A stretch of DNA of 61,121 bases, counting the filler. It is 14 parts of 14 records of this genome, joined end to end, with 100 filler letters (N's around TTAATTAATTAA, not from the genome) between each part and the next. Parts side by side here need not be neighbours in the genome. Positions count along the whole stretch, not along the records: positions 43,986 to 47,023 come from SRR15195285_2814; positions 47,124 to 50,484 come from SRR15195285_2816; positions 50,585 to 53,788 come from SRR15195285_2820; positions 53,889 to 56,888 come from SRR15195285_2829; 10 more parts are not named here. The stretch is one strand, 5' to 3'. Every line of letters starts with the position of its first letter. Position 1 is the stretch's first letter. Under the pieces are notes generated by a model. That model saw nothing but the letters and a program-made list of their open reading frames with translations, had not been told where the DNA came from and did not search any database. The position numbers and the translations under genes are program-made. Below are positions 44,246-53,890 of this stretch, one piece after another.

Positions 44246-46951
44246 CTAGATGAGCCCTGCCTGTCGAATCTCGAGCTGCAACTCATGCGCAATCTGCACA
44301 CCCTTCATGTCGAGATGCTGTCGTACGTTGTTGAACTGCGTGCGCAGCTTCTGGCGCTGGGCTTCGTACCCGGCAGAAGGGAGCATTCCCTGTTGCCCGG
44401 ACGGAGCAATCGGTGGCATCATTTCACCCCGCTGCTCCTGTTGCTGCCACGCACGAGCCTGAGGTTCGGCCTCCGACAGCCGCGCATGCTCTCTAACAAT
44501 GCAGCGCAGTGCCGCATCGAGCACTGCTGGCATCTCCCGTACCAGCTGGTCTGCCAAGGCACGGCTACCCGCGTCAGCGCCCCCACCTGTGCTTGGTACG
44601 TCAGCAGGGAAACTCTGATTGGCGCGGATGCCGGGAGGAACTGTCACCGCATGCATCTGCCCGATGCGGTCTGTGACATGAATGATATTTCCCGGGCGCT
44701 TATCTGGTGGGCACACAACGTCGATTCTCTCCACACCGTGTTGTCCAAGAATGCCCACACCATCGAGCACAGCCAAAGCCTTGGCAGTATTCTTCGCAGA
44801 ATACGCGCTGAAAAAGTCAGCTACTGCCACCAGCAACCGAAGCCGGCGCTTCCTGTCAGCAGCTGCTCCAGAGCCCGTGCCGTGCTCTGTCTGTCCTGCA
44901 TCTGACCGTGCAGCGCTGGCCAGGATATGCTGCTGCGCGTATTCGACCCAGCGGCCGCGCTCCTCAGACACCTCTTGCATGAGCAGCCGGCGCAACTGTT
45001 CTTCCAGAATGACCTCGGCATCCTCATTGTGCTGGATGTGGCAGTACAGCTGATAGGCGAGGTCCCAGTAAGCCTTCTGCTGGGCAATCAGGGCGGCACC
45101 CCTGACCACTGCTTCAAGTTGTGGTGGCTCCATACGCAGCACTTCCACAAGCTGACCCGCAGCCCCACCACCACGGCCAGAGGCGTAATCCAGGTCACCG
45201 ATGAGATCAGGATGACCGCCTGCAGTAAAGATGAGCTTCTTCAGGAATTCATCCCGCACCTTGACATCACCAATGAGACCGAGATACATGACGGCGTTGC
45301 GATACCGAATCTGCGGCGTGTCCCCGACCTGCAAGCCGACGCCGAAGCTGCTCTTCGCATCGCGAGAGCGCAAGAACGTGTGGTCGACGTACCGATTGAG
45401 TAGCTTTCCGATCTCGATGCGGGTCTGTACGTGTCCCTGTCCTGCTGCTCCACCTTGCGACAAGTCGTCGCCGTAGGAGGATGACGTAGGGGCTCGCCCT
45501 CCGATCCAAGACAGTGCCAGGGCTAAATGCGTCGAATCCGCAGCCGAGCTCGGACGGAGGTGGTCGATTAGTCGACGGAACTGCAACGAGAGCATGAGAA
45601 CCTTCTCCTTGACACCTGGCGGGAAGGAATGCAGGTGTTTCGCGATCTCGTCATGGAACTCGGCCAGGGCGCGGGGTGTCGGGACAAGGGTGGAAAGCTT
45701 GTGCCACATGTAGTCTTCAACCTTGTACCCAAATCGTGCGAAAGTCCGGCGGAACGAGCACGGCGGATTCGTCTCGTGGCGCGTGAACACGCAGAGCAGC
45801 AAACCTTTGAACGAGTCAGCAATGTCCTTCGAGGAGGTGGCCGACATGGCTTCCCTGATTGCGGCGCTGTCGTGCGTCGCGAACCGCTGTGGCTCGTTCG
45901 ACGTGCCCGGGCCGAGAAATCTGTCAAAGATTGGCCAGAGCTTTCCGTTGACAATCGATTCCTGTTCAAGAACCTGCGCGTTATTGCGGTTCGCAAGAGT
46001 CTTTCGTAAGGCCTGCGTTCCACCCGCGGCAGCACAGCGCACGCAGAGGTATGCAAAGCCCCAGAAGGGACACCGGCGGCGCGAGCCGGCAACGCCAACC
46101 TCGACCAACGGGTCGTCGTCATCGGTGGTGTGGGCAGGCAGCGAGTCCAGGAACTGCGCGGCGAGGAATTCGAACGCTGGGTCGGAGCCTCGGGCAGGCA
46201 TTCGGGAGCACTCGCGCTCCAGGTGCTCTTTGTACTCCTTCTCCAGGAACGACGCGCAGCCATGCAGCAGACACTGCATGTTTTGGTTGTCTCCCGACTC
46301 CCCCAGCGCTTCATGGTTCGCCGTGCACTCGGCCAGGCTGTGCAGGCACTTCCACAGATCCGTGTACATGCGCGCTTCGGCCTCTGAGCGTGCAGCGCCG
46401 CAGTTATCGCAGGCATCGAACAGATCGCCAACCTTTTCGCGCAGGTTTGCCTGGGGGCGGCTGGCAATCCCAGCGACAGCCTCGACGTAGCTTGCGATCT
46501 TGCGCAGCTCGGACTCGGATGCGCCGCCCTGCCCAAACGGCACCGCCGCCCCACCGTTCGCTTCCGACCCGCCGAATGCATCGCCCCCGCCGGTCGCGTC
46601 GAACGGTGCCGCATCCCCCACCAAGTCCTCCAGCAGGCGCCGCTGCGCCATCTGCCAGTCGCGCTGCATGGCGTCCTCGAAGGCGTCGTCGCTGTACCTC
46701 TTCGCGGAGTGCTGGGCAGCAGCGATGGTGTGCATCACTAGCTGCTGGCGACACTCTTCCAGGTACGCTTCCACGTCGGTCGGGTCGCGTGTCTGCGTTT
46801 CTGGCTTGTGCAGCAGCGGCGCCATGTCCTCGATAGTGCGCTGGATCTTGGGGTCAACGTGCCCGCTGACAAAGCTCTTGCCCCCCATGCGGGTGGCCTC
46901 ATCAATCGTGCGCTTGCGCTGCTGCACCCGAGTCTTGTTGAGCGCCTGGAG
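44246..46951 (-). CDS. NUP93: Nucleoporin Nup93/Nic96, large 3' exon (5' end missing)
   Basis: TDVEAYL...I..AQ.......F.....RDW....RRLL, FLE, FWGFAYLCVRC, DSFK, VEDYMWHKL, VLMLSLQF and THLALAL. A splice acceptor GTGCAG ends at 46952, downstream of an intronic microsatellite. Confidence 0.8.
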   Translation of the reverse strand, partial: LQALNKTRVQQRKRTIDEATRMGGKSFVSGHVDPKIQRTIEDMAPLLHKPETQTRDPTDVEAYLEECRQQLVMHTIAAAQHSAKRYSDDAFEDAMQRDWQMAQRRLLEDLVGDAAPFDATGGGDAFGGSEANGGAAVPFGQGGASESELRKIASYVEAVAGIASRPQANLREKVGDLFDACDNCGAARSEAEARMYTDLWKCLHSLAECTANHEALGESGDNQNMQCLLHGCASFLEKEYKEHLERECSRMPARGSDPAFEFLAAQFLDSLPAHTTDDDDPLVEVGVAGSRRRCPFWGFAYLCVRCAAAGGTQALRKTLANRNNAQVLEQESIVNGKLWPIFDRFLGPGTSNEPQRFATHDSAAIREAMSATSSKDIADSFKGLLLCVFTRHETNPPCSFRRTFARFGYKVEDYMWHKLSTLVPTPRALAEFHDEIAKHLHSFPPGVKEKVLMLSLQFRRLIDHLRPSSAADSTHLALALSWIGGRAPTSSSYGDDLSQGGAAGQGHVQTRIEIGKLLNRYVDHTFLRSRDAKSSFGVGLQVGDTPQIRYRNAVMYLGLIGDVKVRDEFLKKLIFTAGGHPDLIGDLDYASGRGGGAAGQLVEVLRMEPPQLEAVVRGAALIAQQKAYWDLAYQLYCHIQHNEDAEVILEEQLRRLLMQEVSEERGRWVEYAQQHILASAARSDAGQTEHGTGSGAAADRKRRLRLLVAVADFFSAYSAKNTAKALAVLDGVGILGQHGVERIDVVCPPDKRPGNIIHVTDRIGQMHAVTVPPGIRANQSFPADVPSTGGGADAGSRALADQLVREMPAVLDAALRCIVREHARLSEAEPQARAWQQQEQRGEMMPPIAPSGQQGMLPSAGYEAQRQKLRTQFNNVRQHLDMKGVQIAHELQLEIRQAGLI

Positions 46952-46965
46952 CTGCACCGGTTCGT

Positions 46966-47023
46966 CACACACGCACGCACGCACGCACGCACGCCACGCA
47001 CGCACGCACACACACACACACAC
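46966..47023. repeat. Compound (GCAC)n/(CA)n microsatellite at contig end, intronic to NUP93
   Basis: cacacacgcacgcacgcacgcacgcacgccacgcacgcacgcacacacacacacacac. Confidence 0.9.
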
Positions 47024-47286
47024 NNNNNNNNNNNNNNNNNNNNNNNNNNNNNNNNNNNNNNNNNNNNTTAATTAATTAANNNNNNNNNNNNNNNNNNNNN
47101 NNNNNNNNNNNNNNNNNNNNNNNCATCGGCTGTGCCTCAGATCGAACATTCCGTAATAGATCTATCATAGCTAGATCTAATTTCTCGGCAGGGAAACGCT
47201 CGTCGTCGCTCCTGGAGGTGGTGGTGCAGCGCTACACGACTATACAGCTACAGTGTAGGCGCGCGCACACGGACACAGCCATCAGT

Positions 47287-48765
47287 ATGGCGCTGCTCGC
47301 TGCGCCGCGGCTGCCAGGGCGGGCGGCGTCGCTCTCCTCCGAGCTGCCGCCCGCACAGGACTCCTTGCTCCCGCTGATCGCCTCGCCCCGCTCGCCGAGG
47401 CCGCCGCCGCCAATGGGGGACGACAGCTTGAGGCAGTCGAGCTTTATGTTGACGAAGGTGCGCGGGGCATTTGTCGCTGTAGTATCTGCGTCTCTTTGGG
47501 GCTCCTTGGGGTGCTGCGGGCAGGGGGGATGTGTTGGCTCCTGTGCTTTGGAGGTGGTTGTGCTCACTGACGCGGGGCGGGTGCAGTCGCATGCGCAGGT
47601 GGACCCGGAGGGGACGCGGACCGTCGCAGATACAGCGTCGCCGCGGCGCTGGAACTCGGCTCACAGCAAGGCCGGATGCAGCCCGCGCGCCCGTGTCCGG
47701 CGCACCACGGGCCTCAAGACGGTGCCCAAGGTCATGCCGAGCATCGACGACGTGAGCGACTTTCTGGTGGCGAACGACCTGGCGCAGCACGTCCCGGCGT
47801 TTCGGACGAACAAGGTGGACGGTCGTGTCCTGCTCAATCTCACCGACGACCACCTAAAGCGGCTCGGGATGCGTGCTCTCGCGCACCGGCAGACGTTGGT
47901 CCACCACCGCAAGTTGTGGTTCGACCAGCTCAAGCAGGACCACGGAGATACCCGCGCGGTACCGCGGCGGCCAACGGTGGCTGACCTGGATAAGCAGGTC
48001 AAGCGAGCCGAGGCAAAGGTGCGCGACCTGACGCGCCAGATCGACAGAGAGGACGCCAAGCTCTCCCCAAGCAAGTCAGAGCTCGAGCGGCTGTACGCTG
48101 AGGTCGACAAGGTGGAGTCGCGCACCGCAATCGTGTCGGCAAACGCGCGGATCGAGCACCAAATGTCGAGCTCCCTGCCCCCCGACCCTTCCGATTCCGT
48201 TGATGTCACACTGCCGGCCTCATGGATGCGGCGTTGGAACAGCTTCAACTCCTCCGGCTGGAATTTCCTCATGGAGCGCTCAACCGCAGATTTTCAGCCA
48301 GGCGAGGACGGCGCGCTGCCGCCTCTGCCGCGGCCAGAGGAGACCTTAGTGCAGGTACCGGGGGGTGTTGCCTTCCGAGAGAAGTGGGCGGTGGAAATGG
48401 GCAAGGAGAACGAATCGATGCGGCTGGACAGCATTGCGCGTGGGGACAAGGTGGAGCAGGAGCGTTTCCAACAAGCGATGCACATCACGACGATGATGCA
48501 CCGGGCCTTCCGCGCCGCGGCGTATCAGCCTGGGGGCTCGAACCTGAAACATCTCCTCAGGCAGTACGATAGGGATAATGCCGGCACAATCGATGCCCGT
48601 CAATTCTTGCACGCGGTGCGAACTCATGGCAGGATTTCGAACAGGATATTGACGGATGCCGATGTCATGAAGCTCTTCGCTTTCCTGGACCAAGAAGGCA
48701 ACAACGAAATCACTGCGGACCAGTTCACTGATTTCCTCTCGCGTGCGCCGGGCTCGCCACGGTGA
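47287..48765 (+). CDS. SAM-domain, coiled-coil, EF-hand protein
   Basis: ATG at 47287 and a probable in-frame intron 47458-47586 (GTGCGC..CTGAC..CAG). SAM: SIDDVSDFL...LAQHVPAFRTNKVDGRVLLNLTDDHLKRLGM. EF-hands YDRDNAGTIDARQF and LDQEGNNEITADQF. Confidence 0.82.
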   Translation: MALLAAPRLPGRAASLSSELPPAQDSLLPLIASPRSPRPPPPMGDDSLRQSSFMLTKVRGAFVAVVSASLWGSLGCCGQGGCVGSCALEVVVLTDAGRVQSHAQVDPEGTRTVADTASPRRWNSAHSKAGCSPRARVRRTTGLKTVPKVMPSIDDVSDFLVANDLAQHVPAFRTNKVDGRVLLNLTDDHLKRLGMRALAHRQTLVHHRKLWFDQLKQDHGDTRAVPRRPTVADLDKQVKRAEAKVRDLTRQIDREDAKLSPSKSELERLYAEVDKVESRTAIVSANARIEHQMSSSLPPDPSDSVDVTLPASWMRRWNSFNSSGWNFLMERSTADFQPGEDGALPPLPRPEETLVQVPGGVAFREKWAVEMGKENESMRLDSIARGDKVEQERFQQAMHITTMMHRAFRAAAYQPGGSNLKHLLRQYDRDNAGTIDARQFLHAVRTHGRISNRILTDADVMKLFAFLDQEGNNEITADQFTDFLSRAPGSPR

Positions 48766-49314
48766 CGACGCGAAGTGCAACGACAATGGAAGGAAGCCGC
48801 CGCGAGCGCAGTGAAACCAATTGTGGCTGAGTCGGATGTGACCCAAACGAGGTCTCACAAGTGAACTCAATCTACTTTGTTGTGACATTACTCGTGATGT
48901 GGCTCCCGATTGGGATTGTGACGCGATCCTTGAACACGGTGACAGTGAGTGTAGCATTTGCAGATGTGCCATGGCGTGTGACCCTGAAGATTACACGCTT
49001 TGTCACGCCTCGACTCAGGCGTCCTCCTCGGTTACCCTTTCGAGAGGCTGTCGGGAGCAGCCACAGGGCGAAGCGCGAGTGGCCGCACGAGCAAGAAGCC
49101 CGGTGCCGGTGGGCACAGTTCAGTCGGCACCGTGCGAGTCATGTGGGTGGCCGCTGTGCGCCGCGTGGTCTCGCCCGCGGGACGAAAGGAATCGAGACAT
49201 TCTGACCTAAGCCCTTGTACTGGACTGACTCGTCGATGTCAACGATGGGCAAGGCCATCATAATCCCAATCCCTGCAGGCCACGAGGCACTCAATTGTTG
49301 GCTGCCCACAAGCG

Positions 49315-50307
49315 TCAGTCAAATATGGGATCTACGCAAATCTCCAACTCACCCGAGCTCAGTTTCGAGCCGTTGACCTTGTCGTCAGGAAAAGCCGTAT
49401 TGCCGCCACCTTTGTTCTGCCAAACTTTCTTGGACTGCCAAGCCTGTTTGTGCATCGCCGTGTCCTCACACCGGATACCACCAATAGTAGGCTCGACAGC
49501 CGGCTGATCGATGGGCGGGCCCTCGAGAGTCAGATTTCGCAGGAGAACGCGTTTGCGCAGTACACGGTCGGCTGCTCTTGGGCGGTCATCAATCGATGTT
49601 CCGTCCCCAGGCATCAGATCAATCCCGGGGCGCATTTCAGATCCGTCGCAGATGGAGTCGTCGTCATTCTCCTCTTGCTCGGGGCTGTCCTCCTCGTCTA
49701 CACCCGAAGCGGCCAGCTCCCGCTTGCGTTCGTTCTCCTTTGCCTCGGCAAGTTGTTCCTCCATGGTCTTCTTCTTTGCCTCCTTCGGCTCGTCCGTGTC
49801 GTCGTCTGCGACCACAGGTAGCGCTGCCGTTGAGAAGATGAAGCGCCCGCCGGCCATCAGCTCCAGGACCGCGGAGGAACCTACTCCGCGGTCGGTGCCC
49901 TTTGTGGCCTTCTTATTATTGTTCTTGCTACTGTCGGGCCCAGGACCCGCCAACGTGATGTTGACACTGTGCGGCAGGACCAAGTGCTGAACCATGTAGC
50001 GGCCCGGCGGAAAGCGCAGCACCTGGCCGTCCTTCATTGCGTTCATCGCTGTCTGGATAGCCAGCGAGTCGTCAGCTGGTGCACCAACCGCTCCCGCGTC
50101 TACGACCGCATCGATTTCCGCAGCTGTGGCGAGTGTCTCGATCATCTGGTCGCGGACGGGAGCCTTGTTCTTATTCTTCTTGTCATCTGCCTTGGGCACG
50201 GGCAGTCCGCGCCGCTCGAGCTCCTCGACCAGCTTCGTCGTCGGCATCCTCTCAAAATCACGCAGCGCGGCCGTCGGCCGGCTCGGCGCTGGCTGCATCG
50301 TCCACAT
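49315..50307 (-). CDS. Hypothetical protein: SAP/HeH-like helix pair plus pectate-lyase-3-like N-terminal motif
   Basis: KLVEELERRGL...RDQMIETL, then GAVGAPADDSLAIQTAMNA...LRFPPGRYMV...NITLAG, followed by an acidic/lysine-rich insert. The 3' exon structure is uncertain. Confidence 0.6.
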   Translation of the reverse strand: MWTMQPAPSRPTAALRDFERMPTTKLVEELERRGLPVPKADDKKNKNKAPVRDQMIETLATAAEIDAVVDAGAVGAPADDSLAIQTAMNAMKDGQVLRFPPGRYMVQHLVLPHSVNITLAGPGPDSSKNNNKKATKGTDRGVGSSAVLELMAGGRFIFSTAALPVVADDDTDEPKEAKKKTMEEQLAEAKENERKRELAASGVDEEDSPEQEENDDDSICDGSEMRPGIDLMPGDGTSIDDRPRAADRVLRKRVLLRNLTLEGPPIDQPAVEPTIGGIRCEDTAMHKQAWQSKKVWQNKGGGNTAFPDDKVNGSKLSSGELEICVDPIFD

Positions 50308-50584
50308 CTGGGTCTGCAGCGTGCGCCGCTGCTGCGGGTCTCCCTGCTGCTCCAGGGACGAACCTACGAAGCTACGATGCCAAGCGACCAGCGCTCGCCA
50401 GGGGCAGCAGCAGGGCAGCAGTAGCGCGAGCTAGCTAGGAGCGCCGCACATTACCCAGTTGATTCGTGAATGGCTGATTCCGGANNNNNNNNNNNNNNNN
50501 NNNNNNNNNNNNNNNNNNNNNNNNNNNNTTAATTAATTAANNNNNNNNNNNNNNNNNNNNNNNNNNNNNNNNNNNNNNNNNNNN

Positions 50585-51984
50585 AGCAGCAGCAGCAGCA
50601 GCAGCAGCAACCAGTCCAGCTGTACCAGCAGCCACCGCCATCCAACGCCGGTGGATGGCAGCAGCCCCAGCAGATGCAGCAAATGGCGATTCCTAATCAG
50701 CAGCAACAACAGCAACAGCAGCATATGTTGCCGCCGAGCTATGCAGCTGCAGGCGCTGCCGGTAGCGGGTTCCCAATCCTAGATGTCGCAAGTGCAACAG
50801 CTCCTGCAGATGCAAGCAACGAAGCCCCACCTGCTACTGCGGGTGATCCTGTACGCCAAAGCTGCACCATGACCTCTGCCACCCGTAGATTCTATGGTTC
50901 TCACAAGCAGACAAGGAATCACCGTCATGTCTAATTGCACCTGCAACGTAGGATCTCATAACATTATTGCTTGTTTTGCCGCAGAACGCACCGGTAACCG
51001 ACATGGACCACGACAACGTCTGCACTGTCCCGGTCGGCAGCATGGTTGCCCTGGTCAGTGGCACACAGAAGTACAAGCCTGTGAACTTGAACGACTTGCC
51101 GTCCACGGCACCAGAGCCGGTGCGTACAACGCATCGGGGACCTCTCGCACTCCCCACGGCTACTCTGCGAGCGTGTGAACCCTCAAGGCGGTGTGATGTG
51201 CAATCGCGTACAGGTGACGCTCGCCAACGCCAATGAGTTCCTCAAGCAACGCCTTGAGGAGTTCTATCAGCGCCTGGACGCAGCGCTGAGCAAGCTACCA
51301 CGCGGAATTACTTCAAGGTTCCAAGCAGAGCCACGTGGTCGCTCCCGCTCCCGCTCACCAGACCGCAGTAGGCGGCGCTCTTCGCGACGCTCGCGCTCAC
51401 GTTCGCCGCGACGAAGGCGGTCTCGCTCCCGCTCCCGCTCCCGCGATAGAGGAAGCTATCGTGGAAGAGGAAGGTCTCGGTCACGTTCGCCGAGTGGGTT
51501 TGGTCGCAGGTCCGTTCCATCCACCGCCACATCTCTGGGCCGTGTCAGCCAGTATTCTCTTTTTTCTTGTTTGCGCTTTTGCCTGGACGAGATATATTGT
51601 CCCTCGCTGATGCCGGCTGGCGCTTGATACACTCTGGTACGATCATCAGGAGCAGTGGTTTCAGCGGGAGCAACTCGTTGAGCAAAGTGGCAAGTGAGGC
51701 TGAGGCAGCTGGTGACCCGACCGCAGACGCCTTTGCCATCGGCAGCGATGGTATGTCACTACTGTGAGCATCTTTGTGATGTGATCTCGGACTCGGCACT
51801 GACACACAGACATGGCCCGCCTGCAGGTATGCGTGCGGATGGATCGGTTGAGCCTGCCTTGCGCGGCGGGGGCCGCGGCGGCGTTGGAAAAGGGTCAGAT
51901 CCATCGACAAATTTCGAGTCGTTCCGGCGCTCGCAATCCAATAGCTATCACACACGGCTTGAGAGGCTCACCGGTGGGCGGTAG
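50585..51984 (+). CDS. CHERP: CHERP-like RS-domain splicing factor, 3' part, multi-exon
   Basis: PolyQ/Pro region, then VPVGSMVALV...YKPV.....P...EFLKQRLEEFY (CHERP-type motif), an RSRSRSP domain and C-terminal FESFRRSQSNSY. Introns 50851-50984, 51120-51213, ~51510-51650, 51752-51826. Confidence 0.65.
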
Positions 51985-52249
51985 TGACGACAACGAGACA
52001 CATTCTCTCACCTGATGAGTAAAGGTCAGACGACGTGTGGGTTGTCGCCGCAATGATTGTGGACCCAAATTGATTCCACGTTACATCCATTTGTTATATT
52101 TAGTACTTACTTTGTGAATTTTATACACCTTACAAAACATAGGTGACTCGGCGAACGCAGCTCCGCCTGCAGGCACCCGTTCATCTTATCCGCGGTGAAT
52201 CCTCCAGCTGCCCACCGCGCGTTCTGCTCTCGCGCGTGGCTCCAATGAC

Positions 52250-53104
52250 TTATTCCAGCGGCCCCGCGACGGCAGTCGAGAAGACTTCGTTCAGCTGCCC
52301 ATAAATGAAGGTGCAACACACAAGGCGCAGCAGTCGTGGCGAGAAACCAGAGTAGCACTTGGAGATCGCACCAAGTGTGCTGCCGCCACTACTCACGACC
52401 ATGTCTGTGGCCGCCGCCCGCAGGCTGACGTTCACAGGGGCCCGCCCGGTGCAAGAGTCTGGGAAGAGATCGCCTTGCAACCGCGTCTTGAACGTGTCAG
52501 CTGGATGGGTCAGCACTGCACCAATAGTGCCGGCTAGCACTGCACCTACTACTGCAGAGGAATGCTCTCCGAGTGAGCTGCGCTCACGAAGGGCTTTGCT
52601 GAGCAGCGGAGCGCTGCTGAGGTAGGAGCAACAGAAGATCGCCTCACGCGCCGTTGTCATGGACCAGCCGCGCCACATGCCGGCCAACCCGTGCGTATCG
52701 ATGATGCGGCGGGGGATCGCAAGCACACTTCCGCCATGCTTTTGCTGATTGATCTCCACGAGCTGGCACGGCGACTGAACCGCGGCCGAGACCACTCCTG
52801 CCATCAAGCTGCTGAGCATTGACGCCGTGACCGGCTCGAAACCGGAGAGCGCTGACATACACGCGCCGTTGACGCTGAACTGGATGGCTGTGATCGGCGC
52901 AATCGAGGTGGCCGCGATCACCGTGCCCCGGTACGCAAAGCGGGGATTGACCGCTCGCCGCAAGTTGAATCGCCCTTGCTGCATCTCCGTCTTCCAGTAG
53001 ACGCTCGGCTGCATAATGCACACCTCCATCGATCCGCACGCTGCACCGATGGCAGCCTCCTCGCCTCGAGTTAGCACTCGGCTCCGCTTCCGGCCATCTG
53101 CCAT
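52250..53104 (-). CDS. Mitochondrial carrier (SLC25) family protein
   Basis: ATG at 53104. Three carrier repeats QPSVYWKTEMQ, SPCQLVEINQQ and HPADTFKTRLQ, plus YRG/WRG/YSG..PRLLR. Confidence 0.88.
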   Translation of the reverse strand: MADGRKRSRVLTRGEEAAIGAACGSMEVCIMQPSVYWKTEMQQGRFNLRRAVNPRFAYRGTVIAATSIAPITAIQFSVNGACMSALSGFEPVTASMLSSLMAGVVSAAVQSPCQLVEINQQKHGGSVLAIPRRIIDTHGLAGMWRGWSMTTAREAIFCCSYLSSAPLLSKALRERSSLGEHSSAVVGAVLAGTIGAVLTHPADTFKTRLQGDLFPDSCTGRAPVNVSLRAAATDMVVSSGGSTLGAISKCYSGFSPRLLRLVCCTFIYGQLNEVFSTAVAGPLE

Positions 53105-53890
53105 CAACCCCCCAGCAGCACTCCCGCACCTCACCAACTGGAGCTCGCCGGCGTGCTCGAGCCCCGCCGGCCACCAAACGAGAACTGCGCCCGAGAAGAC
53201 CAACTGCAGAGACTTTCGCAAGTCGCGGCAAGCACCAGCAACTACGCGCCGGCCACGCAGTGACCCAACAATCCGCCCCAGGAGACGCCAATGTTGTGCG
53301 CGCCACCTAAACACAGCTCGTCAGGGACCGCCTGAGCGTGCTGCCAGCGTGCAGGACAGGGGTGGCCAGCCAGCCTAGACGTCGGCCTGCGCGTGCAACA
53401 ACGAACGCAAGTGACGCCGCGAAGCCCTTGCGTGCTTGCCCCGGCGCGGGGTCCGTCCGTCGCCGCCGCGCGCCGGGGGTCGCGCGCGCGCGGGCCGCGC
53501 GCGCGAGCGCATGCAGGTGTGAATATGACACCGTGTACGCGTTTACACATTCGGCTAACATTCTGCATTCGCTTCTGCGCTGTGTTTACATATCAAAACG
53601 TTCGTTATGCGGTATTAACCGCCACCGCGAGAATCTCACTTCTCAGCCAGCTCTCGACCTCACGTCTCGCCCGTGTACGGTACACTTCAGTATTTACCGC
53701 CGAATATTCAAATCCTCAGACACTGTCCATCACACGATAGTGCATTCTACTATAATAGTACTAGTAAGAAAAATGTATTAGAGTCGGANNNNNNNNNNNN
53801 NNNNNNNNNNNNNNNNNNNNNNNNNNNNNNNNTTAATTAATTAANNNNNNNNNNNNNNNNNNNNNNNNNNNNNNNNNNNNNNNNNNNNGC

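Noticed and set aside
45568-46836. Several 250-350-aa overlapping ORFs in alternative frames of NUP93
   Set aside because: Arg/Pro/Ser-rich shadows expected in high-GC coding DNA; no motifs.
46952-47023. MCVCVCVRAWRAC N-terminus of the 925-aa ORF
   Set aside because: It is the translation of an intronic microsatellite upstream of a CAG acceptor.
48899-49210. Cys-rich small ORF (ECSICRC...CESCGWPLC) as a zinc finger gene
   Set aside because: No ATG start, ligand spacing does not fit a RING or PHD finger, and no supporting splice pattern.
50585-50724. (CAG)n, (CTG)n and (GAG)n tracts at contig ends (also 20045, 40790, 43986, 56853) as a shared element
   Set aside because: Simple polyQ/polyE-type microsatellites where short-read assemblies commonly break.
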